Below are positions 62,041 through 64,000 of a DNA stretch of 64,000 nt, one piece after another; the first letter of the stretch is position 1; the number at the start of each line of letters is the position of its first letter. The notes below the pieces were generated by a model. That model saw only the letters and a list, made by a program, of their open reading frames with translations, did not search any database and had not been told where the DNA came from. The DNA comes from an uncultured Candidatus Saccharibacteria bacterium (GTDB lineage: Bacteria > Patescibacteriota > Minisyncoccia > Minisyncoccales > JANBVM01): assembly GCA_964450805.1 (NCBI GenBank), contig CAYVDD010000001.1, positions 393,288-457,287 on the forward strand, given 5' to 3'. The translations under genes were made by a program, and so were the position numbers.

Positions 62041-62895
62041 TTAAGCAATATTATTTTTATTTTTATTGATAAAATATAAATCACCGAGATATTTATTCTC
62101 TCCGAATGAAGGTCCAAATTCATTCTCTAATACTAAACTAAAACCAAATTTATTTAAAAATTTCTTTATCTCTCTTCTAATAATATTGCTATGCCACTCT
62201 ACAACTATCTTTTTAACTTTTTTTAATAAATTCTCACCACTTCTAATAACTTCTAGTTCTTTTCCTTGAATATCTAATTTCAGGATATCAACCTTTTCTA
62301 CTTTATAGGTTTTGAATAGATCTTCTAACGTAATACTATTTACAACTTTTTGATTGACCATTTTTTCCTTTAACCAATCTCTTTCTAAAATTCTTATATC
62401 ACTTCCCCCAACAGAATTAACCACTTCTGTGAACTCAAAATGCATTTTACCTTTCTTGCCTGATAATGCTTTATTCACTGATATCACATTCTTTAAATTA
62501 TTTAAGCTTATATTTCTCTTCAACTGATTATAGGCAAGTATATTCGGCTCTACAGCTATAATTTTACAGAAGGGATTATCTTCCTTAATTTTTAAAGTAT
62601 AGTAACCTTCACAAGCCCCAGCATCTATTATCACCTCCGCGTCTGATCCTGAAAATTCAGGTAATAAAAAGTGAAGTTTTTGTCCGAAGATATCGGCATA
62701 TGTATCCATTGAAGAATAAGCACTACATTTTCTCAAACATATTTGATAATTCCGTAATTTAATAACAAATAAGTCTTTGGTCTTTAAAAACTTTCCCTTA
62801 TAGCTATTTACATGCCATTTCTTAATTTTGGAGAGAATAATTTGTTCACTCTTTTTATCTCCTGCTTGTTTTTTTAACCAGCTAAAATTTACCAT
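62041..62895 (-). CDS. FkbM-family methyltransferase
   Basis: Motifs VIIDAGACEGYYT, IIAVEPNILAYNQLKRN and VDILKLDIQGKELEVIRSG. Confidence 0.75.
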   Translation of the reverse strand: MVNFSWLKKQAGDKKSEQIILSKIKKWHVNSYKGKFLKTKDLFVIKLRNYQICLRKCSAYSSMDTYADIFGQKLHFLLPEFSGSDAEVIIDAGACEGYYTLKIKEDNPFCKIIAVEPNILAYNQLKRNISLNNLKNVISVNKALSGKKGKMHFEFTEVVNSVGGSDIRILERDWLKEKMVNQKVVNSITLEDLFKTYKVEKVDILKLDIQGKELEVIRSGENLLKKVKKIVVEWHSNIIRREIKKFLNKFGFSLVLENEFGPSFGENKYLGDLYFINKNKNNIA

Positions 62896-62973
62896 TGCTA
62901 TAATTTAAGTAATTATTTTACTAACTCCACAAATTGTTAAAAATTTAGAATCTTTTTTTTGCTCTTTGGATTA

Positions 62974-64000
62974 TTACTTTTTATTCCTTCCTAAAAAACA
63001 ATAATAATCCTTTTTATCTCTCCATAACTCTATTATTCTAAAATTTTTATAATGCTCCTTTATAGTAACTCTATCATAAACATAATGAGTTACGCCTGCT
63101 TCATTACCAATAGTCGGAACATATGTTCTTGGAGCTATTTTTCTAGCAGTTTTGACTACACAGTATCTAATTTTTCCTTTTGAATATCTACCGCATAAAG
63201 TTATAAAAATTAAACCTCCCGGCTTCAATACTCTCTCGACTTCCTTAATAGCTCTTTTTATTTGATTCAAGTTTCCATGTTGCAAAACCTGTACGCTTAC
63301 CACAGCATCAAAAAAATCTTTTTTGTAAGGAAGTTTCCCAAAAACATCTCCTCTCTTCAAATCTGCTTTCAAGTTCATTTCTTTAAGGTCTTTTTGTATA
63401 AAATTAATACCTTCTCTTGCCATATCAATACCGTATAAATTAAAACCTTCTTTAATCAGGTAGAATAAATTCCTTCCTGCCCCACAACCTAAATCAAGAA
63501 TTCGTTTCACTTTCTCCTTCTTAAATAACTTTGAAACCTCATCTATGTCTTCATGTGGTTCAGTAAAATTATAGTATTTGTAATTTTCTTTACCTCTTTT
63601 ATATATAGCGTCCCAGCTATCTAAAACATGGTATTTACCCTTCTCAAAATAAGAAGAGCTGTGATTACTATCAATAGTACCCACCGCAATAACCCCTTTT
63701 CTATATGATGCAAATTGAGCACTTAGATGTCTCGCACCATGAAGTTCGTTTGGGATAACTTTTATTACAATGGGAACCGCAAGATATTGAGAAATATGAG
63801 TTAGTAAACCCTTCTCATTAAAAAAATGATAGCCATCGTGACAAGGATGAGATCTTTGAGACATATTTGAAAGAAATTCTATTGTTTTTTTCTGTCCAAT
63901 AAACATCCTCTTGGGACACTTAAAAGATGGTTTTAACGGAAAATGGGGAATGCTTGATAAATATCTAGAGTTATACAGAAGTAATCCTAATCCTGAAAAA
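62974..64000 (-). CDS. fusion of a DisA_N (diadenylate-cyclase)-like domain with a class I SAM-dependent methyltransferase; N-terminus may lie beyond the window
   Basis: The C-half has ILDLGCGAGRNLFYL (motif I) and LKPGGLIFI. The N-half HPCHDGYHFFNEKGLL...LHGARHLSAQFASYRKGVIAVGTIDSNHSSSYFEKGKY matches the spacing of the DAC motifs HDGA...GTRHRAA...VSEETG, but with DGY and RHL. The frame stays open upstream of the ATG at 63906 to the window end. Confidence 0.5.
   Translation of the reverse strand, partial: FSGLGLLLYNSRYLSSIPHFPLKPSFKCPKRMFIGQKKTIEFLSNMSQRSHPCHDGYHFFNEKGLLTHISQYLAVPIVIKVIPNELHGARHLSAQFASYRKGVIAVGTIDSNHSSSYFEKGKYHVLDSWDAIYKRGKENYKYYNFTEPHEDIDEVSKLFKKEKVKRILDLGCGAGRNLFYLIKEGFNLYGIDMAREGINFIQKDLKEMNLKADLKRGDVFGKLPYKKDFFDAVVSVQVLQHGNLNQIKRAIKEVERVLKPGGLIFITLCGRYSKGKIRYCVVKTARKIAPRTYVPTIGNEAGVTHYVYDRVTIKEHYKNFRIIELWRDKKDYYCFLGRNKK

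Overview
This is an AT-rich bacterial window. Hand counts of typical 60-nt lines give about 27-30% G+C. It uses the standard genetic code: TGA acts as a stop, for example at ftsZ. Most genes lie on the minus strand. The gene content and several trimmed protein architectures suggest a small-genome, anaerobic, CPR/Patescibacteria-like organism; examples are an FtsZ that ends at its globular core, a ComEC without a beta-lactamase domain, nrdDG, and a 2-oxoacid:ferredoxin oxidoreductase. That placement is inference only. I found no rRNA, CRISPR array, transposase or integrase. All domain calls come from motif recognition by eye, not from searches.

Positions 1-41 kb hold housekeeping genes: clpB (partial), an ECF sigma module, an envelope glycosylation/HtrA cluster, comEC, nrdDG, ftsAZ, ybeY, rpsU, hisS, lepB, pth, topA, tRNA-Leu(CAA), a GlmU-like gene, murA, glmS, leuS, metG and others.

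Positions 41.1-45.9 kb hold an lspA-lgt operon that continues into four lipoprotein genes. These four share near-identical GAGCG lipobox signal peptides, and most of the block is visibly more GC-rich than its flanks.

Positions 46-64 kb look like accessory DNA and are the most interesting part. They contain four SPASM/twitch-type radical SAM enzymes, a histidine phosphatase, a nucleosidase-like protein, a PfkB kinase, two nucleotidyltransferase+NUDIX pairs, an HD hydrolase, a GNAT, two FkbM methyltransferases, HAD and MBL hydrolases, a DisA_N-like/methyltransferase fusion, and several small Cys-rich ORFs. This region is punctuated by four copies (plus one partial copy) of a modular intergenic repeat that I cannot assign to any known element class. 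Each repeat carries a minus-strand terminator, a conserved GCTCCCC-core segment and promoter/operator modules.
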